From positions 359,159 to 423,158 of the forward strand of contig CAWBPM010000002.1 in NCBI GenBank assembly GCA_963790825.1: a DNA stretch of 64,000 nucleotides. Reading direction: 5' to 3'. The position numbers were made by a program, and so were the translations under genes. This stretch comes from Candidatus Levyibacteriota bacterium (GTDB lineage: Bacteria > Patescibacteriota > Microgenomatia > Levybacterales > UBA12049). This document shows positions 11,116 to 20,470 of the stretch, piece by piece. Positions within the stretch are counted from its first letter, which is position 1. Every line of letters starts with the position of its first letter. Under the pieces are notes generated by a model. The model saw only the letters and a list, made by a program, of their open reading frames with translations. It ran no database searches and was not told the origin of the DNA.

Positions 11116-11144
11116 TTGACAATCCGGATAAAATAAAGTATAAA
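11116..11144 (+). promoter_or_regulatory. Sigma70-like promoter
   Basis: TTGACA-17 bp-TATAAA. Direct repeat CGGATAAAAT at 11100 and 11125 flanks the -35. Confidence 0.5.
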
Positions 11145-11371
11145 CTTAGACTCTAGGTTATTATTTTGTCCAATGGTAAATTTTTTGATTAATTTAATCA
11201 AATTGAAATTTCATCGATACATGTAAAATGCCGATTTAGCAAGACAGGTGAATTAAGAGGCTTATTGCTTTTTGTTGTGAATTAAGTTACTGAGTAAATA
11301 AGAATCATTTACATATAGCCTATTGTGCTAAATTTATTGTATATAGTAGAGTTATATAAGATTTATTTAAT

Positions 11372-13588
11372 ATGAAGAAATTATCAATTGTTATACCAAC
11401 CTGGAACGAGGAAGGAAATATCCTACCTATTGTTCTACGGATTGATGCTGCAATGAAACGCATTAATACAATGTATGAACTGATTTTTGTGGACGATAAT
11501 TCCACTGATAATACACAAACTGCAATAAAAGACCTGAGTCGTTCTTACCCGATCTCTCTTTGGATAAAAAAAGGGAGGAAGGGGAAGGCGTTTTCTCTAC
11601 TTGAAGGTTTTTCCTACGCAAAATATAACTTTCTCTGCATGATAGATGCGGATTTGCAATATCCGCCTGAAGCTATTCCTGCAATGCTTAAGAAAATCGG
11701 AAGAAAAAATGATATCATAGTCGCGAATAGGAATGAAAAGAATATTAATCTCATCAGAAAACTTTTCAGTCATTCTTTTCGTCTTATTTTCGGAAGACTT
11801 ATCCATACCTTCGATTGCGATGTTCAATCCGGACTGAAAGTATTTAAAAAAGAAATCATAGAGCGAATTGATATAAACCCGACTTCCTGGACGTTCGATT
11901 TGGCACTACTGACAAAAGCCAGAAATGCCGGATACAGTATTGGTACTGTCGATATTATGTTTGATAAGCGGTTTTCCGGGAAAGCCAAAATCGGGCTGTT
12001 GAAAGCATCACTCGAGATAGGATTAAATGCGCTATTTTTAAAATTTGCTAAAAACGAAATTATTCCCTTTAGTCTCGCGACAAAAAAAAGAAAAGGGGAT
12101 GGGTTTCATTATAAAGGAAAGCCGTTCGTTCCGCATACTGACCTACCCATGAAACGAAGCGCAATTCAAAGGTTGACCTTGGGACAAATCCTCATTCTCT
12201 CTGCACTTTTGTGTTTCTTCATTATTGCTTTATTTCTAAACTGGCATCTGGTTTTGCTTCTTCTTATCTCGCTGGTAAGTTTCCTTTATTTTAGCGATCT
12301 TTTATTTAATTTTTTTCTGATTTATAGAAGTTTTTCAAAAACTCCCGAAATAAAAATAACTAAAAAAGCGATTCAAAAAATACCTGATAGTTTCTGGCCG
12401 ATATATACTGTTTTTTGTCCGTTATATAAAGAATGGTCCGTTGTCCCGCAATTTATCAAGGCCATGAGTGATCTGGATTACCCGAAAGAAAAGTTACAGG
12501 TAATGCTTCTTTTGGAAGAAGATGATAAAGAAACAATTGAAAAAGTAAAAGAGTTCAGCCTGCCGTTTTATTTCCAGGTTGTTATTATTCCCGATGCAAA
12601 GCCAAAAACCAAACCAAAAGCCATGAATTTCGGCATGAAATTTGCAAAAGGGGAGTTTATCGTTATTTATGATGCTGAAGATATACCGGAAAAAGATCAA
12701 TTAAAAAAGGCTGTTCTGGCTTTCCAGGAAGTAGGATTAAAAACTGTTTGCCTGCAGGCAAAATTAAATTTTTATAATCCCCATCAAAATCTTTTAACAC
12801 GTATTTTTACAGCCGAATACTCCCTATGGTTTGATTTGGTACTTACCGGTCTTCAATCAATTAATGCGCCGATTCCACTGGGCGGTACTTCTAATCACTT
12901 TCGGGCCGGAGTTCTGGAAAAAATAAAGGGTTGGGATGCGTTCAATGTAACGGAAGATGCGGACCTCGGTATGCGACTGGTTAAAGAAGGATATAGAACG
13001 GGTATTATAGATTCGACTACGTATGAAGAGGCAAACAGTGATTATATAAATTGGTTCAATCAACGAACACGCTGGGTCAAAGGTTACATCCAAACTTACT
13101 TTGTTCACATGAGAAATCTCAGGGAGTTTAAAATGTCTCTCAGAAACCCCGATGCGATTACGTTTCAACTTGTTATCGGGGGGAAAATTTTATCCATGTT
13201 TATAAATCCGTTCATGTGGACGGTGACTATTAGTTATTTCGTCTTTCGCCCGATTATCGGTACATTTATCGATTCTTTCTTTCCCGGTCCCTTATTGTAT
13301 ATTGCTATGTTCTCGTTAATTTTCGGAAACTTTCTTTATTACTATTATTATGTGATCGGCTGTGCAAAAAGGAATTATTATGACATTATCAAATATCTCT
13401 TCCTGATTCCTTTCTATTGGTTGGCAATGAGTGTGGCAGCCTGGATAGCAACTTATAAATTTATTCACGAACCGTATTATTGGTCAAAAACAGTCCATGG
13501 CTTACATCTTCAGGATAGCAACAGTTTCGCTAAAAAGAAAGTGCCCCTTTTCCGCTTGAGTTTTCTACCTATTTTTGATAAAGAGTAA
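11372..13588 (+). CDS. Tandem GT2-GT2 membrane glycosyltransferase
   Basis: IPTWNE/DDNSTD/DADLQ, then TKPKA, YDAED, TEDAD, QRTRW; close paralog of the N-terminal half of 5945-10678. Confidence 0.9.
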   Translation: MKKLSIVIPTWNEEGNILPIVLRIDAAMKRINTMYELIFVDDNSTDNTQTAIKDLSRSYPISLWIKKGRKGKAFSLLEGFSYAKYNFLCMIDADLQYPPEAIPAMLKKIGRKNDIIVANRNEKNINLIRKLFSHSFRLIFGRLIHTFDCDVQSGLKVFKKEIIERIDINPTSWTFDLALLTKARNAGYSIGTVDIMFDKRFSGKAKIGLLKASLEIGLNALFLKFAKNEIIPFSLATKKRKGDGFHYKGKPFVPHTDLPMKRSAIQRLTLGQILILSALLCFFIIALFLNWHLVLLLLISLVSFLYFSDLLFNFFLIYRSFSKTPEIKITKKAIQKIPDSFWPIYTVFCPLYKEWSVVPQFIKAMSDLDYPKEKLQVMLLLEEDDKETIEKVKEFSLPFYFQVVIIPDAKPKTKPKAMNFGMKFAKGEFIVIYDAEDIPEKDQLKKAVLAFQEVGLKTVCLQAKLNFYNPHQNLLTRIFTAEYSLWFDLVLTGLQSINAPIPLGGTSNHFRAGVLEKIKGWDAFNVTEDADLGMRLVKEGYRTGIIDSTTYEEANSDYINWFNQRTRWVKGYIQTYFVHMRNLREFKMSLRNPDAITFQLVIGGKILSMFINPFMWTVTISYFVFRPIIGTFIDSFFPGPLLYIAMFSLIFGNFLYYYYYVIGCAKRNYYDIIKYLFLIPFYWLAMSVAAWIATYKFIHEPYYWSKTVHGLHLQDSNSFAKKKVPLFRLSFLPIFDKE

Positions 13589-13653
13589 TGTTTTGAGAAA
13601 GGTTACCCGGCTTTAATAAGTGGGGTGGAGAAAAATAAAGTATTACGGCGCAC

Positions 13654-13680
13654 AAAAAAAGCGGGCTATAGCCCGCTTTC
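13654..13680 (-). terminator. Intrinsic terminator of the repeat-protein operon, possibly bidirectional
   Basis: GCGGGC-TATA-GCCCGC stem followed by T7 on the minus strand, immediately after the stop at 13682. Confidence 0.8.
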
Positions 13681-13681
13681 T

Positions 13682-14836
13682 CTACAAGCTATACCTATGA
13701 TTAGGCGACCTTCCAGATCGCAGTCTTATCCACATCCGCATAAATAACATAACGATATTTGCTAAAATGGCAAAAAAGAGCCAATTTGTTTCTGTTGCAG
13801 GTAGTATTCTGCTCATCCCGAGCACCAATACCTGTCCTCCCGACGGGAAGGTGGAAGAATTACTGCCCAAGCTATTTATAATTGGCGCAGCACTGAATGG
13901 CGGGGGTAATGCCCCGGGAGTCTCTGATTTTGGGGACGCAGCCGGAAGAGAAGATTGCTGGGTACATTGACAGTCTCCATCAAAGACATTCGTATTAAGA
14001 GGGTTATTACTAATTTGAGAATAGGACGCAATATTACCGGTTTGTATTTCAACATTTCCTGTGTTTCCGCTCGCAGTATTAGACCCTGAGGAGAGACTGA
14101 GTGTTTCGTTATTACTCGCATTTGTAACTTGTATTGTCTTAAGCATATTTATATTGTTGTTTTCTTCGTCAACAGTATTTTTTGAATCATCACCGTTTCC
14201 GCTGCTGTCTACAACTGAACCTTCCGATCCTTCAATATCTTTGCCCGCACTTATCGTTGCAAGCGGTTCGTTTAGTAATCTTATTTTGACATTGATATCT
14301 CCTGTTTGAATCGTAGTATTGCCGGAATTATCATTCGCGCTATTCTCTCCGGTTATCGCCGTCCCCGAAATATTATTCTGGATCGTTGTTATTTGCTTTA
14401 CCACCGTATTAACCTTTGTTGAATTATCCTGGACAATCGTATTCTGAGAACCGGATCCATTCTGATCGTTCGTTGACAAGGTAGTTCCCGAGCAGCATGA
14501 AGGCGCTTTTGCGACGGAATTATTAGTATTATTTATTATTGTTGTGTTTGAGATCGTATCTCCCGTACTGATTACAACTGAACCGTTCGTATTACTGTTG
14601 GCAGTATTATTGCCGGAGGAGGAAGTTGTCTCAATGGTATTGGAAATTGTTGCTGTATTTGCCTGCTGTACACTAGTCTGAGTAGGAGAGTAGACAGATA
14701 CTCCGTTCCCAGAATCGGAACCGTTTCCTAAAACAGTTAAATCTTCCGCATTTACGGATTTTACAAAAACAGCAAAAAAAAGACAGTAGATTAAGGTTGT
14801 TGCTAACGTGATTATAAAAATTTTATATTTTAACAT
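13682..14836 (-). CDS. Secreted Asn/Thr/Gly-repeat protein with LPxTG-like sorting tail (3 repeats)
   Basis: Signal peptide (VNA|ED), repeats GNG..S.N...Q....I.N.......SG.N.A..N.G...I.TG, C-terminal LPATE + hydrophobic helix + RLRSGR. Confidence 0.8.
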   Translation of the reverse strand: MLKYKIFIITLATTLIYCLFFAVFVKSVNAEDLTVLGNGSDSGNGVSVYSPTQTSVQQANTATISNTIETTSSSGNNTANSNTNGSVVISTGDTISNTTIINNTNNSVAKAPSCCSGTTLSTNDQNGSGSQNTIVQDNSTKVNTVVKQITTIQNNISGTAITGENSANDNSGNTTIQTGDINVKIRLLNEPLATISAGKDIEGSEGSVVDSSGNGDDSKNTVDEENNNINMLKTIQVTNASNNETLSLSSGSNTASGNTGNVEIQTGNIASYSQISNNPLNTNVFDGDCQCTQQSSLPAASPKSETPGALPPPFSAAPIINSLGSNSSTFPSGGQVLVLGMSRILPATETNWLFFAILANIVMLFMRMWIRLRSGRSPNHRYSL

Positions 14837-14895
14837 ACAATAATTATGTAGATGTAGCTCACAAACTTACTATGTAATCGAGGCAGAAATTACTA

Positions 14896-17187
14896 TTATT
14901 TACTTCGGGGCAATAGAATTCTTTTACCGAGTATTCCAAGTCCCAAGATCGGTAGAAGAAGTATAAACCAAGCAAGATTAACCGATATTTGCTTCTCGGT
15001 TTCAAGAGTAGGTGTATGCGCGCTTAAAACAGTGGTTGTATGATTCGGCGTTACTTTGCTTGAGTTTACAAAATTACTGTTATAGGTAAGAATACTGCCA
15101 CTGGGCACATTGGTATCCGCGTTTATTGTAATCTGATCAACTGTTCCTGAATTCGTAGTCGTCGCAGTGGAGCTTGTAGTCTGATTAGTAGTTGACCCCG
15201 AAGAAGAGGTGTTACTGGAACTCGTTGTACTTGTTGAAGTTGTGCTACTGGCTGTTTGTGAGGCGTTTCCACTATTTTGATCATGCTTCACTTGGCCCGG
15301 TGTCACAAAATCTCCAACCCATTTACCAAAAACATTTACCACTGTCACTATTAATTTACCGTTACCCACGACATTGTTATTAACAAAGTTAACCAGGTTG
15401 GCGATAATGTTGGCATTGCCTGTTTTAATAGCTGTATTACCATCTGTATTTTCATTCGCCTGATTTCCTCCGGTATTGGCACTAAGGTTTAGATTATTTG
15501 TAATGTTCGCGTTATTATTCTGGGTCGTTGAAGAATTATTGTTCTGCGTACTGCTGGCATTACTGGTTGACCCACTACCATTGCCTGAATTATTTACTGC
15601 TGTTACATTACCGCTACTATCTACGCTAAACTCTGTCCCTGACGATCCGGACATTGTAGAACCGGCAGGAGCTCCTAATATCTCACCCACCCACGTACCC
15701 GCATCATTAACCAGGACTAGCCACCATGTGCCGCCATCAACATTGGAATTGGCAACATTGAGAACATTAGCATCGACGTTTGTACTACCCGTGGATACCG
15801 CGGAATCTCCGCCTGTATTTAGATTCGCATCGTTGTTTCCGGTCTGACCGTTAAATGTCAGATTATTGCTAATTGCCGCATCATTATTTTGAAAAGTATT
15901 GTTACTATTTCCTTGTGATAAGGACGCATCATTTGTGCTTCCCGATCCGTTTCCGGAATTGGTTGAATCCGCACTGCTGTTTGCTACTTCACTATCAGGA
16001 AGAACAATATCACCATTCAAGTCGCCGTAAATATTGACAACACCATACTCGACTTGTCCGCCTGATAAATTATTATTGGCGAGGGTGAGAGAATTGGCGG
16101 AAACATTTGCATTACCTGTTTGAATAGCCGTGTCTCCACCCGTATTGTCATTTGCTGTGTTTTGCCCGGAATTTGCCGAAAGAGTTAGGGTATTTCCGAC
16201 TGTCGCGTCATTATTCTGGAACGAATTATTATTATTTGCCCCTGATAAACTGGCATTATTAGTCGAATTCGCACCGTTACCAGTATTTGCCACTGTTCCA
16301 CTGCTGCCGGAACAGCCCGAAACACAATTCGCAGCGTAGTTTAAGACCAGATCTCCCGTTTGATCATCTGCGACGTCGAATTCCGACACCTCAACATTAT
16401 CAAGGTTTGTATTTACGCCTGTTATTGCAGTCCCTGAGGTATTTGCATCCCCTGTTTTCATTAATGTATTGCCTCCGGTATTGTCAGATGCTGTATTAGT
16501 GCCGGTATTTGTTGACTGATTAACATTATTTCCCACCTGGGCACTATTGTTTTGGTTGCTGTTATCGTTATCTGAGACAGTAGCAGAACCGTTATTATTT
16601 GATCCCGATCCATTACCGCTGTTTGAGACTTGCGCACTCGAACCTGTGCCACTATTCGTTGTTGCACCTGAACCATTGCCGCTATCATTTGTTACCGAAG
16701 CCGAGTCTACTCCGGCTCCTGCACTTACAGCACTACTATCACCGGAATTCTGTCCGGAACCTGCAGGCGTATTGTTTGGGCTTACCGTAGGAGTAGGGGT
16801 AGGAGTCATATTAACTCCGACTGCAGTGGCACTTGTCGCACTAACCGTCCTATTACTGTCTCCTCCCTCCAAGGGAACTTTCGCATCCGGTGTTGGCGTA
16901 ACTCTTGGATCATGATGATTAGTCTTCTCACTATCAGGTGATACTGACGGAGTAGGGGTAGGAGTATCTGTAGGTGTTGCATTTGCAGAATTCGGCGCTT
17001 GAGGTGCAGTCGGCGATGGGGTTGGGGTAGTAGTGTCTACCGGTTGATCCGGTGCAGTCGGTGCAGTCGGCGATGGAGGCGGCGGTGTAGACGTCGGATC
17101 ATCCGCACGAGCAAGAATAGGATTTTGCACAAAAATAAGCCCCAGGATCAGAATAATGGTTAATAGTTTTTTAAATTTTAATTTCAT
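14896..17187 (-). CDS. Secreted Asn/Thr/Gly-repeat protein with Pro/Thr linker and C-terminal TM anchor (4 repeats)
   Basis: Signal peptide (ARA|DD), PT-rich stalk, four GNGxxS..QNNxA..NTG.N.A..NTGG.T.I.TG repeats, Ser/Thr spacer, C-terminal WFILLLPILGLGILGKR. Confidence 0.82.
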   Translation of the reverse strand: MKLKFKKLLTIILILGLIFVQNPILARADDPTSTPPPPSPTAPTAPDQPVDTTTPTPSPTAPQAPNSANATPTDTPTPTPSVSPDSEKTNHHDPRVTPTPDAKVPLEGGDSNRTVSATSATAVGVNMTPTPTPTVSPNNTPAGSGQNSGDSSAVSAGAGVDSASVTNDSGNGSGATTNSGTGSSAQVSNSGNGSGSNNNGSATVSDNDNSNQNNSAQVGNNVNQSTNTGTNTASDNTGGNTLMKTGDANTSGTAITGVNTNLDNVEVSEFDVADDQTGDLVLNYAANCVSGCSGSSGTVANTGNGANSTNNASLSGANNNNSFQNNDATVGNTLTLSANSGQNTANDNTGGDTAIQTGNANVSANSLTLANNNLSGGQVEYGVVNIYGDLNGDIVLPDSEVANSSADSTNSGNGSGSTNDASLSQGNSNNTFQNNDAAISNNLTFNGQTGNNDANLNTGGDSAVSTGSTNVDANVLNVANSNVDGGTWWLVLVNDAGTWVGEILGAPAGSTMSGSSGTEFSVDSSGNVTAVNNSGNGSGSTSNASSTQNNNSSTTQNNNANITNNLNLSANTGGNQANENTDGNTAIKTGNANIIANLVNFVNNNVVGNGKLIVTVVNVFGKWVGDFVTPGQVKHDQNSGNASQTASSTTSTSTTSSSNTSSSGSTTNQTTSSTATTTNSGTVDQITINADTNVPSGSILTYNSNFVNSSKVTPNHTTTVLSAHTPTLETEKQISVNLAWFILLLPILGLGILGKRILLPRSK

Positions 17188-17278
17188 ATTTTTTATTTAT
17201 TTTATATTTTTAATTTTCTTTTATTTGGTGTAGGGTGTCTATCCGAAGTGCTAGACAGACACCACTACATACCAAATG

Positions 17279-18526
17279 TTATAACCAGTTAAGTGACTGA
17301 AAAACACCACTCAAGTTCCAATCGAAACTGACTTGTTGTCCGTTTGGTAGAGTGAAGTCTGCAATCGGTCCGTAAACGTTTTCGTTTGCGGCACTGCTTA
17401 CTGATGTTTCGGAATCAGCTGGACCTGCGAGAATATCATTTGGATCCGTTCCCAAGCCCCACAAGAAAGTACTTCCTGTGTTTAAGCTGGCATCATTGTG
17501 TCCAGATTTTACATCCGTAGTTACTGGATTTGACAAATCTGCAATTCCGGTTTGAAAAACAGAACTATCATTCCCTAAATCTGCTGTTAAGCCGTTTCGT
17601 GAATAAGCTCCGTTTCCATCAACTAATCCGTCTACAGTCGCATCGCATCCGCATCCGGTAGATGCCGCATTGAAGTTTGCTTCATTTGAGACATCGACCC
17701 CTGCTTTTGCTAACTGGGTTTCAATACCCGTATCTCCGCCAGTATTTTCATTGGCTGTATTATAGCCGGATTTTGCTTTCGCATTGACATCATTAACGAT
17801 AGTTGCCAGGTTGTCTTGTTCGACAACTGCTGAATTATCGTTTGTTAATTTGACGTCATTCTTACTGTAAGCACCATTCCCTAAAATTTTTAAGGATGAT
17901 GGATCAGTACTTCCGGTTCCGTTCCCTCCAACTTGCGCAACGTTCTCGTTCGCAGCATTATTGATGGTTACATTTGTTTCTGCAGGACCGGTGACAATAC
18001 CGGTATCTCCTCCAGTATTCAAACTTGCATCATTTTTTCCAGAATTTGTATCTGCGTTAACAGTATTAGTGATATTTGCAGTATTAGTCTGGAATAAACC
18101 CGTTGTATTGCTGTTATCGACAACTGCGTTATTGTGAGAGTCGGCGCCGTTACTGCCAATTTTTACATCGGTTGTACTATCGCAATTGCAATTACTTACA
18201 TCTGCAACATTTTTATTTACCTGAGTCGAGAGATTAACATTAGATGTTGCTGCTCCCGTCTGGATAAATGTATCACCGCCTGTATTTAGACTGGCCGTAT
18301 TCCCGCCGCTGGAAGCGTCTGTTTTTACAGTATTTGTAACAGTTGCCGTGTTCGTTTGTTCAACTGTGTTTGTCTGCGTCCCTGTTACTTTAACATCGTT
18401 ACTAGAAGATGCTCCGTTGCCGGTAACTGTAAGGGTTGTATCCGCAAACGCTAAAGGTGCTAAAGCATTGAGTAAGACTGCTCCGGTTGCTATAGCTGTT
18501 GTTAAATTTTTTGAAAATTTTGTCAT
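17279..18526 (-). CDS. Secreted Asn/Thr/Gly-repeat protein without anchor (4 repeats of about 90 aa); putative major subunit
   Basis: Strong SD (AAGGAAAGGGGTGA), signal peptide (AFA|DT), four repeats, CxC linkers (CNC, CGC). Confidence 0.85.
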   Translation of the reverse strand: MTKFSKNLTTAIATGAVLLNALAPLAFADTTLTVTGNGASSSNDVKVTGTQTNTVEQTNTATVTNTVKTDASSGGNTASLNTGGDTFIQTGAATSNVNLSTQVNKNVADVSNCNCDSTTDVKIGSNGADSHNNAVVDNSNTTGLFQTNTANITNTVNADTNSGKNDASLNTGGDTGIVTGPAETNVTINNAANENVAQVGGNGTGSTDPSSLKILGNGAYSKNDVKLTNDNSAVVEQDNLATIVNDVNAKAKSGYNTANENTGGDTGIETQLAKAGVDVSNEANFNAASTGCGCDATVDGLVDGNGAYSRNGLTADLGNDSSVFQTGIADLSNPVTTDVKSGHNDASLNTGSTFLWGLGTDPNDILAGPADSETSVSSAANENVYGPIADFTLPNGQQVSFDWNLSGVFQSLNWL

Positions 18527-18622
18527 AGATTAATTTCACCCCCTTTCCTTGACATATAGTCTCTTAGAATCTCTAAGAGCACTTCTTTTCCGTTATATTT
18601 GCCTAAGACCTGATCCCCAGAC

Positions 18623-18681
18623 AAAAAAACGGAAGCTTCTCAATTTAAATGCCTGATTTAAATCGGGACGTTTCCGTTTTT
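18623..18681 (-). terminator. Leader terminator-like hairpin 2
   Basis: AAAAACGGAAACGTCCCGATTTAAAT-CAGGC-ATTTAAATTGAGAAGCTTCCG-T7. Confidence 0.65.
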
Positions 18682-18766
18682 AAAGTTTTCGTACCTTTTA
18701 GTCTAATGATAAATTCTTTCTTCATTTATAATCTGAAATAAACTTACTAACAATAAATTTTGCAAT

Positions 18767-18824
18767 AAAAAAAGCACCTTTACGTGAGACTTTTCACATA
18801 AAGATGCTTCCGATTGCGGCCAGC
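18767..18824 (-). terminator. Leader motif + terminator hairpin 1, downstream of the YezD-like gene
   Basis: GCTGGCCGCAATCGG-AAGCATCTTTATGTGA-AAAGTC-TCACGTAAAGGTGC-T7. Confidence 0.7.
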
Positions 18825-18904
18825 AATATTTATTATTTTACTTTTCTAAATTTTTATTAAAATTTATAAGAACATAATTAATATAGACCAGTAAAATATT
18901 CTTG

Positions 18905-19099
18905 TCAAGAGCCAATTTTAGCATTGTGCCCGTTTGGCAATCCATTCTCAGTTTTTTTAATGTTTCTTTCGGTTATTTGTACTACTTTAAAATCCTGAAC
19001 AAAAATTTCTACACTGCCCCATCCGCGGATATTTTTTAACGCTTCAATAACTTCTTCGAGAAGCTTTTCGCTAATATGTTTTGTCGAATAATCCGGCAT
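18905..19099 (-). CDS. YezD/DUF2292-like small protein
   Basis: EEVIEALKNIRGWGSVEIFVQDFKVVQITER matches the DUF2292 pattern GSV.I.VQD..V.QI. Confidence 0.8.
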   Translation of the reverse strand: MPDYSTKHISEKLLEEVIEALKNIRGWGSVEIFVQDFKVVQITERNIKKTENGLPNGHNAKIGS

Positions 19100-19108
19100 A
19101 AATTAAAA

Positions 19109-19699
19109 TTATTTTAGATTAAGTTTTATTATACTTTTGTTTCCTTTTATTTCACCGACTTGAAGGATCAGATTTTTATCTGTTGTATTAATAGGAAATC
19201 CGAGGCGGGTATATTTGGTAGAAATTGCCTGAATTTCAACCGGATCATTATTAATATCGGCTGCCATTTTTTCATTTGAATTATTAACCATTAATCTAAT
19301 ATAATCCTTGGCATTAATTTGCACATCTTTTTCATAATTGTTGGTAATTTTAATATTTACAACTAAGAATGACCTTCCTTGAATTGATGTTGCTTTTACA
19401 CCCGTTACAATAATCTGATTTGTCTTCTGTACATTAATTAGTGTATAGCTAATTGTACTGACTTGGTGTCCGGCACTATCTTTCAGCGCAAACTGGTAAG
19501 TTTTATTTAACGTCTCCGCGGCTAAGGGTTGCTCTAATTGAACTTGTTGATTTCCGCTGGTTGCTCCGGCCGAGCCGGTTCCGCTACGAAACAGCAGAAT
19601 GGTAATTATTAAAATAAGCAGAATGATAATTGCTGCGGAGAGATAGTGCCAGTTTTTTAAATAAGGTATTATTTTTCTCATAAAAAAGCCCTGTAACAC
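19109..19699 (-). CDS. Membrane-anchored hypothetical protein (DUF4352-like Ig fold)
   Basis: N-terminal TM helix, FLVVNIKITN, beta-rich sequence. Confidence 0.6.
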   Translation of the reverse strand: MLQGFFMRKIIPYLKNWHYLSAAIIILLILIITILLFRSGTGSAGATSGNQQVQLEQPLAAETLNKTYQFALKDSAGHQVSTISYTLINVQKTNQIIVTGVKATSIQGRSFLVVNIKITNNYEKDVQINAKDYIRLMVNNSNEKMAADINNDPVEIQAISTKYTRLGFPINTTDKNLILQVGEIKGNKSIIKLNLK

Positions 19700-19743
19700 A
19701 GGGCAGTTATTGTCAGCATACTATCAAAACGCTTGCTTTCTTG

Positions 19744-20337
19744 TCAAGAGGTATTCTCTTTGTTTGAAGTAGTTTCCTTAGTTTCATCCTGTTTATCTTT
19801 CAAAATACTTCGTATGTCTACACTGCCTGATTCAATTTGATGCTGAAGAGTTCTTTCGATATAAGACGTGTCTATTCGCTCAAGCATCCCCGTAAGTTCA
19901 GGATCTTCCTTTTTTATTCCAACCTTTTCCCTAATCTCCGCAAGCACTTCAAGCGTTTTAGTTATTTCTTCCTCCGTCAAAAGCCCTACCTGCAGATGCA
20001 GTTCGTCCCTGAGACTTTGAATTTCTGTTTGCCGATTCTGACTGAGAAGAACAAAAATAGAAATCGTGATTGCTTCAACAGATACAAGCGCGGTTAATAA
20101 GAAAAACGGGTAGGGGTCAAAGGGACGAACATTGGGAAGGATATTGCTATTAAGTAGAATCCAGAGGAAAAACAAATAAAGATTAAGTATAAGAAAAGAG
20201 ATGCTTCCGAATGTTTCGGTAATAAAATCAGATAATTTTTCGCTTGACGTTCTCTGTGCTCTCGCTTTCGCTTCAAAGGACTTGAAAAATCTTTTTCTTC
20301 TTACTATTTTCTCGTGGTGGGCATTACCGTTTTTCAT
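19744..20337 (-). CDS. DUF1003 membrane protein
   Basis: FGS..F, PFDPYPFFLL...VSVEAI...LLSQNRQ. Confidence 0.88.
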   Translation of the reverse strand: MKNGNAHHEKIVRRKRFFKSFEAKARAQRTSSEKLSDFITETFGSISFLILNLYLFFLWILLNSNILPNVRPFDPYPFFLLTALVSVEAITISIFVLLSQNRQTEIQSLRDELHLQVGLLTEEEITKTLEVLAEIREKVGIKKEDPELTGMLERIDTSYIERTLQHQIESGSVDIRSILKDKQDETKETTSNKENTS

Positions 20338-20470
20338 AGAAATAGATTAAATGGCATTAATTTATCTTAATATGTCTGGGTCTTCTTCTGCAACAAGTAA
20401 AATTTTCTCTTTGTGCTATAATGAGATGTACGAAACAGCTGAGTGAACAAGGCTGTTTTTTTGTACGGCT

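Noticed and set aside
14061-16915. Several + strand ORFs (e.g. 15476-15847, 16547-16915) rich in Leu/Pro/Val
   Set aside because: Antisense shadows of the Asn/Gly/Ser repeat genes; no independent coding signal.
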